This document shows positions 1 to 14,140 of a stretch of DNA of 64,000 bases, one piece after another; position 1 is the stretch's first letter, and each line of letters begins with the position of its first letter. Both the position numbers and the translations under genes were made by a program. The stretch covers positions 79,424,001 to 79,488,000 of the forward strand of contig NC_087436.1 of the NCBI RefSeq assembly GCF_036321535.1, read 5' to 3'. A model generated the notes under the pieces. The model was not told where the DNA came from and made no database searches. It was given only the letters and a program-made list of their open reading frames with translations. The stretch is from Camelus dromedarius (lineage: Eukaryota).

Positions 1-2
1 CA

Positions 3-143
<141 letters not shown>

Positions 144-1160
144 CTAAAAATATGAACGGTTTTATTAGCACTTTCAAGTTTAGTAACTCCTAAAGTAACT
201 ACCTAACCAAAATCCACATACCTACTTGCCTGTGAGGTGAAGTTCTAAAATAAACAGGAGAGAAAGTTCTCAAATTAACAGACTTAAAGTGGTAGAAATA
301 TGAGGTCCACAAGCAATGAAAGAGGAAAAGGAGTAGAGAAACTTCAAGGGGTAAGTTTGGACATCACATTTTTTAAAACCTAAAACAAAACAAACTATCC
401 ATTAAATACAGATACTTGTGAGTTCACATAGCTAGTTAACAATTTACTTAACAAAACTTTTTTTTTTTTACAATAATGATACATACAAAAGAATGGGTAA
501 TATGAGTAATGAAGGACAGTAACAAAAAGACAATTTATTCATTGCTAATTCCAAAAGCTATACTTAAATTAAGAGAAGTGATTTGGGAGTTGGTTGTTTT
601 TGTTTGGGGGTAAGGAGGGGGATAGGTTATTGGTTTAGTTATAGTGATCTTTGTTCTGTAGCTGGATGTAGGGAGATGGGAAAGATGTAGGGAGAAAGGG
701 AAAATAGTTTTAAAAGATTCTAAAGCATTTACTTCCAGCTTTCTTTTCCCTCCAGGAATTGCAAATAGTATTTTCCTCCTTTTAACATTCATCAGGATCA
801 ACACTGTTCTTTTCTATGATGAAATATGTTAGGCAGAATCCATGACAAATAACATTCACTGTAATAGGCTTTTACTGGTAATTCTAATCTGTACACTGAA
901 AAAATTCAGTTACATAAAACTGAAAAAATATATCCTAACAGGTAATATATTAACTTACAAAACAGACAAAATAAAATGTTCCACCTACCATAGGGGAGGT
1001 AACTCAGCTCATCGAACAGATCCCTCCATTTTATCTATTTATTCCAACATGAAAAATCTAAAAAGAGGTTATTCCTATATTTCTCTAGGACGGTCCACTT
1101 CTGAGATTCTCAAACTGGGGCATAAGGCAATAAATACATCAGGGTATATAAGAAACAATA

Positions 1161-1300
1161 GAGGGGGAGGATATAGCTCAAGCGAGAGGGCATGCTTAGC
1201 ATGCAAGAGGTCCTGGGTTCAATCCCTAGCACCTCCTCTAAAAATAAATAAACCTAATTACTTCCCCCATTCCCACCAAAATAAAATAATTAGATAATAC
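1161..1300 (+). mobile_element. tRNA-derived SINE (camelid Vic-1-like)
   Basis: A-box TAGCTCAAG, GCATGCTTAGCATGC core, B-box GGTTCAATCCC and an A-rich tail. Confidence 0.85.
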
Positions 1301-1556
1301 AATGATAAACAAAGGAACAATAGGACAACAGTGTACATCTTCTGTGCAAGCACTGATTTTATGTGAAGTTTCTGGGAAGGGGGGCATTTTTATGTAGAAA
1401 TAGATACACTGTGTGGTGCAGCAGAATTCATGTTGAACTGCATACTTTTTTTTTGAAGTGACTTCAGTGGGCTGTTTTCCAGGTCCTTCCCCCAGATTTC
1501 TGAGGTAAAGGAATCAGTGTATTTCAGTGGAAAACTTTGAGAAACAATGTATTACA

Positions 1557-1740
1557 GCAGGGTTGACAAACTTTTTCTGTAAAGGGCCAGATAGTAAATA
1601 TTTTAGGCTTTGCTGAACATAGTCTCTGCTACATATTCCTCCATTGTTCTTTTTTCAAATTATATTAAAAATATATTAACTATTCATAAATAAAGGGCAT
1701 ATAAAAACAGGCCATGGGGCTAGACTCTGCCACCCTCTGT
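1557..1740. mobile_element. MER58-like hAT-Charlie DNA transposon remnant
   Basis: Begins CAGGGTTGACAAACTTTTTCTGTAAAGGGCCAGATAGTAAATATTTTAGGCTTTG, the characteristic MER58 terminus. Confidence 0.75.
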
Positions 1741-3025
1741 ATTAGAACATAAAACTGGGATTAAAGCTTATCCAGCTCAGGCTCGAACAAGTATGGTATC
1801 AGAAGACTGTTTTTAATATGGTCACTTGTATGATTTAAAACAAGGAAGAAACAGCCTGGTATGCTGCTGGATTAGAACTCAAAGAACCCCGATTCTTCCA
1901 GGTCTGCCCTACTGCTCTCCAGTTCTTCCCCCAAACCCCAGGTTTGTAAAACTAAAAGGTCGAGGCATGGGCGTCTCATCACTGGATCAGATGGCTTCCT
2001 CAGCTCTAAGACTCTGTTAAGCTGGTCTCATTATTTAAAGTAGTTGCCAGAAGATACTGAATCACTCTTTTTTTCACTCTCCCTCCTAATCTTTGTAGGC
2101 CCAGAGTCCCTTAAGGAAGTCCTTTTTATGGGTCTCCACCAAGAATCCCTCATTCAACAAACACAAATTTTTTTTATACTCATTGATGTTCAGGAGCTGT
2201 GCCCCCTTCTGCTACAGCAGGTTAAGGCCACACCAAGCCTTTATTTCTGTCCTCCCTACCACTCATGCTTCTCACGTTAACCACATGCTCCACTGCAACT
2301 CTGACACAGCCTCAGAGACGAGTACATATGGTGTGACTGTGAGACAGCGATGCTGACTTTTCATGTACGATTTATATGCATCATAAAGCTATCCCACATA
2401 AAGCTATTGCACCGTGTTGTTTATGGTTACACTTGTTTGCTTTATGAAAGTTCATTTATTTGTGCACTTTTCTGTGCATATTCCTCAATAAAAAGTTTTT
2501 AACAATATCACAGCCTATCAGGGCTAAGAGTACTACCACTACTATCTGTACGACTAAGAGTGCAAGTTCTCACCCTAGAAAAGCAATAGGAAGCAGGTTA
2601 GATAAAGAAACTAACCAGGTAATAAACAAAAGATAACATTAAAAAATATAAGTGAGAAAACAGATGATAAAATAAACTGGAATAAAAGGGTAGAAAAAAG
2701 GGCTGCTGTTGATGTATGAGAACACGTCACTGAGTTTATAATATGCAATGAGGCGACTGGGTGTGTGAAGGAAAAGCAATCCTCAAGGTAAACTGGTACC
2801 TGGGAGAGGCAGTGGAGACCAGCTAAAGCAAGCATATAAATACAGAGAAAGAACTATTAGACAGGGTTGAAACGAACAAGTGCATTTTCAGGTATTTCTA
2901 ACAAGTCTTAATTTTAATCCATACCACCATGTATAACTGGTAGCTAAGATACTCTGTTAGTTTTAAAAATTCACTTGCAGAGAATAATTTTGACAAAAGA
3001 TCATTTATTTGCTCTTACTACTCAC

Positions 3026-3062
3026 CTAAAAAGCTGATAGCATGGAATGTATTTCTGAATAT
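3026..3062 (-). CDS. ABRAXAS1: ABRAXAS1 coding exon 3
   Basis: 37 nt bounded by tttttctag and gtgagt. Encodes (D)IQKYIPCYQLF(S), with phase consistent with exons 2 and 4. Confidence 0.94.
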
Positions 3063-3565
3063 CTAGAAAAAAAGAATTTTTAGTTATGATTACATTAATC
3101 ATCATTTGAATAGCATATATTGAGCACTTCATGCCAGAAAGTACTTTACCATTATCTCATTTAACAACAAACCTATGAGACAGATGTTACTATTCCTTCC
3201 GTTTTAAAGGTGAGGTAACAGGCAGGGAGATTAAGTGGCTCACCCAAGCCAATGGTGGAGCCAAAATCCAAACCCAGAGCCTCACCCGTGCCTAAAATGC
3301 CATATTCCTTCTAAACAGGTTTAATAAAGCCACACAAAAGATAAATTCACAGCTGCTGTATTTTCATTGAGTTCTGAAATGGTTATGCTAATTTTACCAA
3401 ACTGATAAAAACAGCTGCTAAAGAGATTATCCTTTTGTTATCCCAAGTAGTTGTTTCATAAAGGATTTGTCAATGTTAACTGCAGACTGAAAAAAAAATT
3501 CAACATCTTTTAAGAGCTGAGTTTTAGTCTGTCAATAGAAATACTACATATATCTAAATACACGT

Positions 3566-4181
3566 AAATTCAGGTAGCTGCAGATGCTGTGAAAACACTA
3601 AACTCTATCACATGAGACATCATTACAAATCATGTAAGGAGTATCAAGAGGAATACAGTGTGTCCTCTACCATTTCAGCTCTCTCAAGATTCCACAGGGA
3701 ACAGTGAAAGGAGACACTCACACCTGATCACACAGACACTCATCAGGACAACACAAGGTCTTCTAGGCATCCCACTTTCACGTGTCCCTTGTGTCAGGAA
3801 TCAAATTTTATCAGACAGCATTTACTGGATCACTGTAACTGGAATCACCTATTTCAAACAGTTCCTGTGACGTGTCCTATTGTGGGTCTCTTCCTTGGGG
3901 AGATCCAAGCCAGACTACTCAAAATCTTGTTGGCCATATAAATCAAAGACATCAGTTTGATTATGTAGAGTTTGTGAATCTCTGTATAGACAAGGAAACC
4001 CAATGTCAAACTGCTGCTGAAGATCTCTTCAAGTAAACATCTGAAGGCTGTAGACATCTCTGCATCTCTGTACCTGCAAAGTCCATCTTTAAGGAGAGAA
4101 CTATATGAAGTCACTGTTTCAATAGCTTGATATGTATATCAAGTTATTAATTATTAAGAGTAATTTAGTCCATTAAAAAAA
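3566..4181 (+). pseudogene. RNF138: RNF138 processed pseudogene, 5'-truncated and frameshifted, antisense in ABRAXAS1 intron 2
   Basis: Stitched frames give SGSCRCCENTKLYHMRHHYKSCKEYQEEYSVSS / FQLSQDSTGNS / HPTFTCPLCQESNFIRQHLLDHCNWNHLFQTVPVTCPI / SLPWGDPSQTTQNLVGHINQRHQFDYVEFVNL..KETQCQTA / QVNI-stop (TGA 4042-4044). This is collinear with the RNF138 C-terminal half and has no introns. UTR-like sequence and a short A-run follow. Confidence 0.9.
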
Positions 4182-4859
4182 CAGGAAAAGTGATCATCCT
4201 CTTTAGGCATTCTTCTTCTAGCAAATATATGTTGCCCTGAGATAAATCCCTGTCTGAAAAAACACTGAACAGAAAGTCTAACTAATAACTGGCCAAACGC
4301 ATCTGTGTAGATAAGACAAAGTATAAAAATGATGAAAATCTCATTAACTAGAGCAAAGCAGTAATTTGTGGATCTTGAATTTTATCTTTTAGTCATGTTT
4401 TAAAGTAACTGAACTTTTCAAAATAATTTAGGCAAATAAAGTTCCTACAGGACTTGCCCAATACCTTAAAGCTTAGCACTGCTCCCAGCACAGTGGAGTT
4501 GCTCAATAAGTAGATGCTTAATTAAACTCTTAAAATACGTTAGATACTTTGGGCGGCATGCCAATTACAATTAGGGGAAAAAAATTCCCGAAGGGCTTGC
4601 TTTTAAAGCTCCTGTGTGAGCAGAAAGAAAAACAACACTAACAAAATAAAATTACAAACAGTATAAACATGTGTAACACATGGCGAAAGGCCATCTCCTT
4701 AAGTTATGATATGATATTACAAATCAGCAAGAAAAAGCAAAATAGCCCAGTAGAAACATAATAAAAGCATGAACAGGCCTGTCCTTTTCAAATAAAAAGG
4801 ACTCCCCAGAAGTCAAACACATTAACAAGCTCATTCGCAATTAAGAAGTGCAAATTAGC

Positions 4860-5047
4860 AGGGGATAAGGGATTAAAAGGTACAAACTACTATACATAAG
4901 ATAAACTATAAAGATGTGTCATACAGCACAGGGAGCATAGCCAGTATTTTATAACTTGAAATTGAGTATTACTGACAAAAGTACTGAATCACTATGGTGT
5001 ATACTTGAAGCTAACATAACACTGTAAGTCAATTATACTTCAAAAAA
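4860..5047 (+). mobile_element. Short L1 3'-end insertion
   Basis: L1 3'UTR motifs (TACAGCACAGGGA..ATAGCCA, CTGAATCACTATG..GTATACTTGAAGCTAAC). Flanked by an imperfect direct repeat AAGAAGTGCAAATTA / AAGAAATGCAAATTA. Confidence 0.75.
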
Positions 5048-6628
5048 GAAATGCAAATTAAAATGTTTTTCATTTACCAAATTAGCAAAGATTACGAGTT
5101 GATAATACCTAGTGGCGGTAAGAGTATGGCGACCCAAGCACTTTCACGTTTTGTGGAGGAATCTAAGACGGCATGACTTTTCCAGAAGGCAACAGTCTAC
5201 CTCTAGAAATCTGACTTTCAGATATACTCACAGGCACAAAGATGTACACACTATAAAATGTTTGTTGTTACATCGTTTTGTATTAACCAAAAAAACACAG
5301 GAAGTCACTCATAGCTGGTTAAGTGCGTTATGGTACATCCACACAATAGGACTAAGAAGTCATCTGAAAGAACTGCAAACCATATGCATTCATACATTTC
5401 TGCACTAATGATTTCTTGGAGTTATTTACCCATGTATATGGTATGATCCCATTTGTAAAAATAAAAATATACATACAATTAATTATACTTGTGTGTTATG
5501 TATTGCTAATGAGTAAAAAAAACTTATAAAACCAACAGCCGTTGCCACAGAGGCGACTGTAATGAGAACGAGCTTAAATTTACTTTACATATTTACTTCA
5601 TACATACATTCATTTATACGCACAAGTATACAAATTTGTATATACATTTATGTTACATATGTAGTTTCATTTTTAACCTTTTAAAGTGGTAAACAAAAGA
5701 TGACATATAGCATGAGTATAAACTGACAGAATCTTTCTGGAAAGCTAATTTGCTAATACAGATCAAGAACTTTAAAAATGCTCATAGCCTCTGACATTGT
5801 AATACCATTCCCAGGAATCTACCTATAATAGATGTAGAAAAGTATCTGTGTACGAGGATGTTCCCTGTAGTATAATCTACAATAAGGAAAACTTGGAAAT
5901 AATTTTTATTATAATTTATTTATTTAAAGGACTGCAGAAATCACATAGAGCCAGAAGAGGAAGGCCATAGAGAATACAGTGTAGTTATAAAAAATAATAT
6001 TTAAAGGATTATTTAACATGAGAAAATGGTCATGACATGAGGATGTCATGTTGGCAAATTTTTTATAAAGTATACCACCAATTTTGTTTAAAAAAATATG
6101 CTTAGGAAAAAAGTGCATATATTAGATAATAAGAAAAGTTCCTATGTATTTTAAAGCTCCCTTTCTCATTTTTTTCTGAATAAACAGCTGCCAGGAGCTG
6201 CAGCTGCTTCACCGTCTACTCCTCAAACCCTCTGTAGTCTGGCCTTTTCCCCTTATACCCCAGAAATTACCTACGGTTTTCAATTATTTAATCACTGAGT
6301 TTTTTCAGTTCTCATCTTCCAACTTTTCTGCAGCATTTTACGTTTCTGTCCAACCTGTTTTATCTTTTTTTTTTTTTTGTCTTGCTGACTGGTTCCTTCT
6401 TCTGTTGGACTGTCTTCCTGCCACTTAAATGTACACACGAGCTGTTACATCCTTGTTTCCCCACAGTAATCTTAATCTGCTTCCTATGGCCGAAACTATT
6501 CCTTCCTTTAGACTAGGGCATAGCCTTAATTTTAACTGAGAAATGAGTGTAATATATTCTTCTAAAACTTGCTTTTAGAAATTCTATTTCTTAACGGCTT
6601 AAAAAGTAATTTATGCTGATCCTTTTCA

Positions 6629-6763
<135 letters not shown>

Positions 6764-8358
6764 CTACGAGGATAAAAATAAGAAACAGTATGTGGAATAG
6801 GCTGATGGAATTACCAGTCAGTGACTTAAAGAACCAGTATTCCCCAAATATTCTACAACGTGTACAAGTGTGTGCTACCGGGTGGTGGGCACACAAAAGA
6901 AAGACCAGGTGCACTCCAGTTTAGCTGGCAAACCTGACCAGTTAAACTAACATGAGTTGAAGAAACTGTAAATACCACTGCAATTTTGGCACTATCACGA
7001 AAGGCTTAAAGCCAGAAATGAGCACAAGTTTGAGCACCGAAGAGCAGAGCACTTCTCCTCAGAAGATAAGCCTCCCATTTGTGAGTAAGGAAATCATAGG
7101 TAAATAAGAACAGTGCCAATAATGGATCATCTGGAATGACTGGCCAAGACTCTGGGTTAATGACAGGCACATGCTTCTGGGAGCCAGTGGAGGCTTCTGA
7201 GCTACCAAATGACACAGGGGTGGGTTTTTAGATTAAAAATTGTGCAAAATATTAAAGATCTGGAATTTAGTATCAGAGCCTGCTCTCTAAAAGGAAAGCT
7301 GTGAGCCCTGATTCTTTTTAAAACGCTGGCACCTTGCCACAACAGTGGTGATTTCCTCGAATTTCAGATAATTCAGTTATTTTACTTGGCACATTTAAAG
7401 ATCCAATGTGCTTGACAATTTTTTAATCTTCTTTATAATTAGTTAAGAATGCTTTAAAAAAAAAACTCCAGTGAAACAAGAGCACAAAAGGAATGTTTCC
7501 ATAAGGTGAGTCTTGACTGGAATCCAAAGGGAAAAATTCATAACTCTACACTCTTGTGTTCTAGAAAAAACTGGGACAAGAGACAAAGCAAGTGCAACTA
7601 TCCAGAAAACCACCTTTTAAAGACTTCAGGAAAAAGATCTAAGAAACAAAGGCCCCTCTAACACTATGGTACTTTGCAAGCACTAATCCTTTAAGCTACA
7701 GAGGACTTACAGACCCATTCTGCTTATATTTACACTAAGACATTCCAAAATAATTTCCACAGCCACACACATTTTAAATCGTCATATACTTGCTCTTTGC
7801 TAGCTGTTAACCTACAAAGTTATTTAAAGGTGTATACATGAAAGATATCCGTTCCAATCTACTAGGACTGCGCCAAAAAAACTATATTGGAGAAGACAGA
7901 TCTTTACTATAAAATAAAGGGCACAAAATTTTGCAGAAGTCACTAGCTTTTGTTCAGTACGATATTCTCTAAACAGTATTAGCAAGTTATTAAGCACTTA
8001 CTCTTAAGACACTACTTCTCAGGCTCAAGGTTTTAGTGTTTTTTAATTTCATAAAAATGAACGTTTAAAAAAAACAAGCACTGTAGTTTAAAACTACTTC
8101 ACTGCTTAACTTCATACATAGGTTTTGAACCTAGCCCATAGTATGAAATAAGCATTTGCACATCTAATATTTGGGGATTTATGATGTTTAAATTATAACC
8201 GAAAGCATCCGACAAGGAGCTAGCTGAGCCTGCGATTACAATTTAATAAATCTGATACCAACGCAGAGAAAACTTAGATATCCGATACACCAAATTAATC
8301 TTCTCACCTACTAAGATTCCCCCCCCCCCCCCATAGCCACTGGTTGCATCATCTATCA

Positions 8359-9186
<828 letters not shown>

Positions 9187-9889
9187 CTAAGGGAGCCTGG
9201 CACTTAGGCAAAACTAAAAAAAAAAAAAAAAAAAGAACACTGCTGACAGAAGAGAAACATTGCTTAGTGACATAATATCACAATGGAAATGCCACGTTTG
9301 TGGTTTTCAAAGTGCAGGGTGCTGCCCTTTACCCATTGAAACATCTAGAATACTAATGCCTGCTTCAGAAAAAGTCTCTTCTGGAACTCTCTGGCGACGT
9401 TCCATCCCATGGAGTCGAGGGAGGAGAATGGGTTTATTTGAGTGTTTGCTTGCTTTTAGAAACTTGAGGACCCAAATTAATTTAAAGAATACCCAGATTT
9501 TTAACATTGTTCTGACAGCTTTATCATAGATACAAACATACTGTGATGGATCGATCATTTGATATAAGCGTAAGGGGAGTGGGAGGACCGGGACTTGACA
9601 GTTTTCCACACACAGAATGTAAAGCTATGGTTTATAAATGAAAGTCAGCAAAATATCAGACTACTGAATTGAATTAATATTGCATATTTCTGGGTTTTGT
9701 TAGGTAGCAGCCATATTTTACTCCACATTGAAGACAGATGCATTGCATTAATAATTATGTGTTTATTTCCTAACGTTTTTTGCTGTCATTTCAGCAAATC
9801 ACTGTTGATATGAAAAGATTTTCGTGTAATTTGTGTTTTGTGGATAGTAATGATCTAAAGGATTAAAAAATAAGATATAATATTATTCC

Positions 9890-10509
9890 ATGAGAATGGA
9901 AGTAAACTCTCACAAGTAAGGTCAAATGATTTCTGACTCAGTTGCCAAGACCATTCACTGGGGAAAGGACAGTCTTTTTCAACAAATGCAAAAGAATGAA
10001 GTTAGACCCTTATGTTACACCATCTACAATAATTAGCTCAAAATGGATGAAAGACTTAAATATAAGGCCTAAAACTATGACACTCTTAGGAGAAAACATG
10101 GGGGAATGCTTCATGACACTGGATTTGGCAATGATTTCTTGTATGTGACACCAAAGGCATAGACAAAGGGAAAAAACAGACAAACTTCATTTCATCTAAT
10201 TAAAAACTTTTGTCCATCAAAGGACACTATCAAGAGAGTGAAAAGACAACCCACAAAATGAGAGAAAAATTTGCAAACCATGTATCTGATAAAGGATTAA
10301 TATACAGAATATATATAAAGAACTACAACTCAATGACAATAGAAAAAAAACCCAATTTAAAAATGAGCAAAGGGCTTGAATAGACATTTCTCTAAAGAAG
10401 ATATACAGAAGGCCAATAGGTACATGAAAAGACACTTAACATCACTAATCATTAGGGGAATGCAAATCAAAACCATAATGACATACCACTTCACAAACAT
10501 TAGGATAGC
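9890..10509 (+). mobile_element. L1 ORF2 3' fragment (old L1M)
   Basis: Degenerate translation resembles L1 ORF2 (MKLDPY..INSKW.KDLN.RP.T..LL.EN.G). Also contains GAATAGACATTTCTC and GAAATGCAAATCAAAAC-like motifs. Confidence 0.85.
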
Positions 10510-10811
10510 AGTGGCATAATAAAAAATATATTTGGTCTTTGTTCCTACATCCAGGAACAGAGCTCCTAAAACCCTCGAGTTTCCAGAGGGATAAAAGTAT
10601 GCTAATGTGATTTGGGGAGTGGGGTGGAGGGCTAGATTAAGTTTAAGAATGGGAGCTAGTTTCCAGAAAGACTAAGCCTTGATTAGAAGGCTGGAACTTT
10701 TAGCCCCACTCCTGACCTTTTAGGTGAGAGGGGCTGGAGACTGAGTTTAGATTTAATCAATCATGCCTAAGTAATGAAACCTCCATTAAAACCCCTAAAG
10801 AAATGGGGTTC
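10510..10811 (+). mobile_element. MER21-like LTR (ERVL group), 3'-truncated by a younger L1
   Basis: Motifs ATATATTTGGTCTT, GCTCCTAAAACCCT, GTATGCTAATG, CCAGAAAGAC.AAG and GATTTAATCAATCATGCCTA.GTAATGAA resemble the MER21 consensus. Confidence 0.7.
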
Positions 10812-11995
10812 TAGATTAAAGACTTGAATATAAGACCTGAAACCATTAAACTCCTAGAAGGAAACATAAGCAGTTCACTCTTTGACGTCCGTCTTAGCAA
10901 TAGCTTTCTAGATGTCTCCTTGGGAAAGGGAAACAAAAGCAAAAATAAACAAATGGGACTACATCAAACTGAAAAGCTTCTGCACAGCAAAGGAAACCTT
11001 CAACAGAATGAAAAGACAACTTACCAAGTGGGAAAAGATATTTACAAATTATATATCAAATAAGGGTTTAATATCCAAAATATATTAAGAATTCATGCAA
11101 CTCAACAACAAAAAATCAAACAACCTGATTAAAAAATGGACAGAGGAGCTAAATAGAAAATTTTCCAGAGAAGACATACAGATGGCTAACTGCACGTGAA
11201 AAGATGTTCAACATCACTAATTATTAGGCAAATGCAAATTAAAACCACAATGAGTTATCACCTCACACCTGTTAGAATGGCTATCACCAAAGAAACAAGA
11301 AATAACAAATGTTGATGAGGTTGTGGAGAAAAAGGAAGCCTCATACACTGTTGGTGCGAATGTAAATTGGTGCGGCCATTATGGAAAACAGTATGGAGAT
11401 GTCTAAAAAAATTAGGAATAGAACTTCCATATGATTCAGCTATCCCACTTCTGGGTATTTATCCAAAGAATACAAAAACACTAATTCAAAAAGATATATG
11501 CACCCCTATGTTCATTGTGGCATTATTTATACTAGCCAAGATACGGAAACAACCTAGGTGCCCATCAATGGATGAATGGATAACAGAGATGTGGTATATA
11601 TATACAGTGGAATACTACTCAGCCATAAAAAGATGAAATCTTGCAATTTTTGAGAATATGAATGGACCTATGCTGAGTGAAATAAGTCAGATGGAGAAAG
11701 AAAAATATCGTATGATTTCATTCAATTGTGGAATATAAAATACAAACAAACAAATTAAATGAACAAACCAAACAAAAACAAACACATAGAACAGAGTAGT
11801 GGTTATCAGAGAGGAAGGATCTGGGGGAGGGTGAAATGGGTAAGGGAATCAACTGTATAGTGACAGATGGAAACTAAAGTTTTTGTGGTGAGCACACTGT
11901 AGGGTATATAGAAGTAGAAATATAGCATTGTACACATGAAACTTATATAATGTTATAAACCAATGTTACCTCAAAAAAATAAATCTAAAATAAAA
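10812..11995 (+). mobile_element. L1 3' portion (ORF2 end + 3'UTR + A-rich tail)
   Basis: ORF 11367-11636 (VRPLWKTVWR.LKKL.IELPYD.AIPLLGIYPK...CTPMFI.ALF...W.QPRCPS.DEWI..MWYIYT.EYYSAIK) is the L1 ORF2 C-terminus. Confidence 0.93.
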
Positions 11996-12191
11996 GTGAT
12001 TTAACCAGTACTAAAGGATAACGTAGTCATGGCTAAACTAGATAATAAAAAATCTATAGGTGATAATTGTTGAAGCTATGTGATGAGTACATGAGGGATT
12101 ATTCTACCATTCTATTTTTGCATAGGAATGTTCTGTAATCCAAAATGAATAAGAAACAACTATTTGAAAACTACCCCCCCCAAAGAAGATG

Positions 12192-12192
<1 letters not shown>

Positions 12193-12242
<50 letters not shown>
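12193..12242. repeat. (CA)n microsatellite
   Basis: About 25 uninterrupted CA units. Confidence 0.97.
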
Positions 12243-12244
<2 letters not shown>

Positions 12245-12269
12245 AATATTATTCAGCCATGAAAAAGAT

Positions 12270-13020
12270 GGGTTTCTATGAGCAAAATCAAGCAACTGTT
12301 TGAAGAGCCTTATAAAAGTTGCTCAGCTTCTCCTCATGGTCCTAAAGAGGCTAGTAAAAAACATTAAATTAGTTAACAAGAAAATGGGGAAAGACAGAGG
12401 GAAAGACAAGGGACTCTCCCAGTAAGGTAGAAATCTTTAGATGATTATTAAGAAATGAAATGAATAAAATGTACATGATCTGGTTGAAAAAAGGAGCACT
12501 ATTAGAGCTTGGATGGACCAAACGGACCCCTGGTTTGTCCCCCAACATTAGAATGCCCCAAACAAGTCTGCTCTATTTACCCCAGTTTGGAAGAATTTTT
12601 TAAAGGCTGGGAAGCAAAGAATACAATGAGAAACCTGACCCGGTAGAGCCTGGGGTGATGGTCAGGCAGACAGTCAAGATGAAGACTGACAAAACGGGGT
12701 CCCTTGGCTGGGGACCCAAAGTCTATTGCACAGGAGTGAATAAAACAGTCTGGGATGAGGAAAAGAGACTCTGAGATGCCTGGACACAGGAGCCTCGTGC
12801 ACTGGGGCACCAACACCTGCTGGTGAAGCCCTAACATGGGCTACAATCAGATGGAGAGAACACTGACTATATAGAACTGTTAAGAGTTGATATCTTATTG
12901 TTTATATCTTATTGATTTAAAAGTGTCTATATATTAAATGTGTTGACCTTATGTCTGTCAAATATTGAAAATGTTTTTTTCCCCAGATGGTTTTTAACTT
13001 TTACTTGTGTTTAAGGTAAA
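12270..13020 (+). mobile_element. Degenerate ERVL-type internal (gag-pro) fragment
   Basis: CTG GAC ACA GGA GCC TCG TGC ACT at 12780-12803 encodes LDTGASCT, a retroviral aspartic protease motif, preceded by a GDP(K/R)-like motif. It lies downstream of the MER21-like LTR in the same orientation. Confidence 0.55.
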
Positions 13021-13049
13021 TTATTTTTAATAAAGAAGCTTTAAAGCTT

Positions 13050-13158
13050 TGTATTTATTTTATTTTATTTTAATTTTTTTAATGGAAGTACTGGGAATTG
13101 AACCCAGGACCTCATGCATGCTAAGCACATGCTCCACACCGAGAGGTACCCTCCCCAC
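13050..13158 (-). mobile_element. tRNA-derived SINE (Vic-1-like)
   Basis: Reverse complement of the SINE head (GGGAATTGAACCCAGGACCTCATGCATGCTAAGCA) with a T-rich tail. Confidence 0.85.
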
Positions 13159-13379
13159 TAAAACTTAGTATTTGAAATTTTTATTCATGCCCTTAATCTT
13201 TCTGTGTAACATAGTTAGGAAGAATTCCCTGTCTTTCGATTAATAACTGCTATTTTTGAATAAGAGGCAGTTACTAATTAAGACTAGTGCCATTTGCTGA
13301 AGGGAACTGTAACAAAGATCATTTACCAAAATTCTAAACACTGGATTCATACAAGCAACAGAATTGTTTTTAAAAGATT

Positions 13380-14140
13380 CTTTTAATGATAATTTTTTTT
13401 TCAAAAGCTGGGGCAAGAGAAAATAGAAGATAAACTTGAAACATGCATTTAGTGCCAGAAAGTCAAGATGGGCTCGAAGGATGAGGTAAACATGTCAACC
13501 TGACATAGGAGTCAGGGGTGAAAAGTGGTGATACTAATCAAATTTGATCAAAATAAATAACAATAGTAATGAATTATGTCCCATTGAATAAAGTAAGAAT
13601 CTTTGAGTCCATACTGATATAAATGAGTGAATGAATAAATAAATGGGATAAGAGAAAGCGCTTCCTTACAGCTGAACACCAAAGAATAAATGCAGAAGGA
13701 ATCACAAAATTAGAAAATCCCTTTTGGCAACTATTATCTTCATCATCATGATTCATAAAGGCAACAGATACGAAAACTAGTGGGTAAAGTTTGAGTAGCA
13801 GGCTGTTTATGTAGTGTCCAAATATTTCTACAAAAGATATTTATGAATGAGAGGAGGAAACATAACCTTACAAACACCATGTTAGTCAAATAATGATAGT
13901 TAACATCACCAGTAAAGAAACATCAGATGCCTCCTCATATGATGCACAGGAGACAACATCATTCTGGCGCTATGCTTGCTAAAAGTGAATTTTCTCATGA
14001 GAAAACATCACACTCAAATTGAAGAACATTTTATGCAATAACTGACCTGCCCTCTTCATAAAAGTCAATGAAACATGAAACACAAAGACTGAGAAAATGT
14101 TCTAGATTAAAGAAAACTCAACAGGCAACCAAATGCTTCA
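13380..14140 (+). mobile_element. Old L1 (L1MC/L1MD-like) 3'UTR fragment
   Basis: Motifs such as AAATGCAGAAGGAAT..CAAAATTAGAAAATC, GTTAACATCACCAGTAA and CATGAGAAAACATCA.AC..CAAATTGA.GAACATT. Confidence 0.6.

Noticed and set aside
842..1297. 151-aa ORF
   Set aside because: Intronic, antisense to ABRAXAS1, runs through a SINE and shows no recognisable homology.
11367..11636. Well-formed protein-like ORF
   Set aside because: It is the L1 ORF2 C-terminus within a truncated element, not a host gene.
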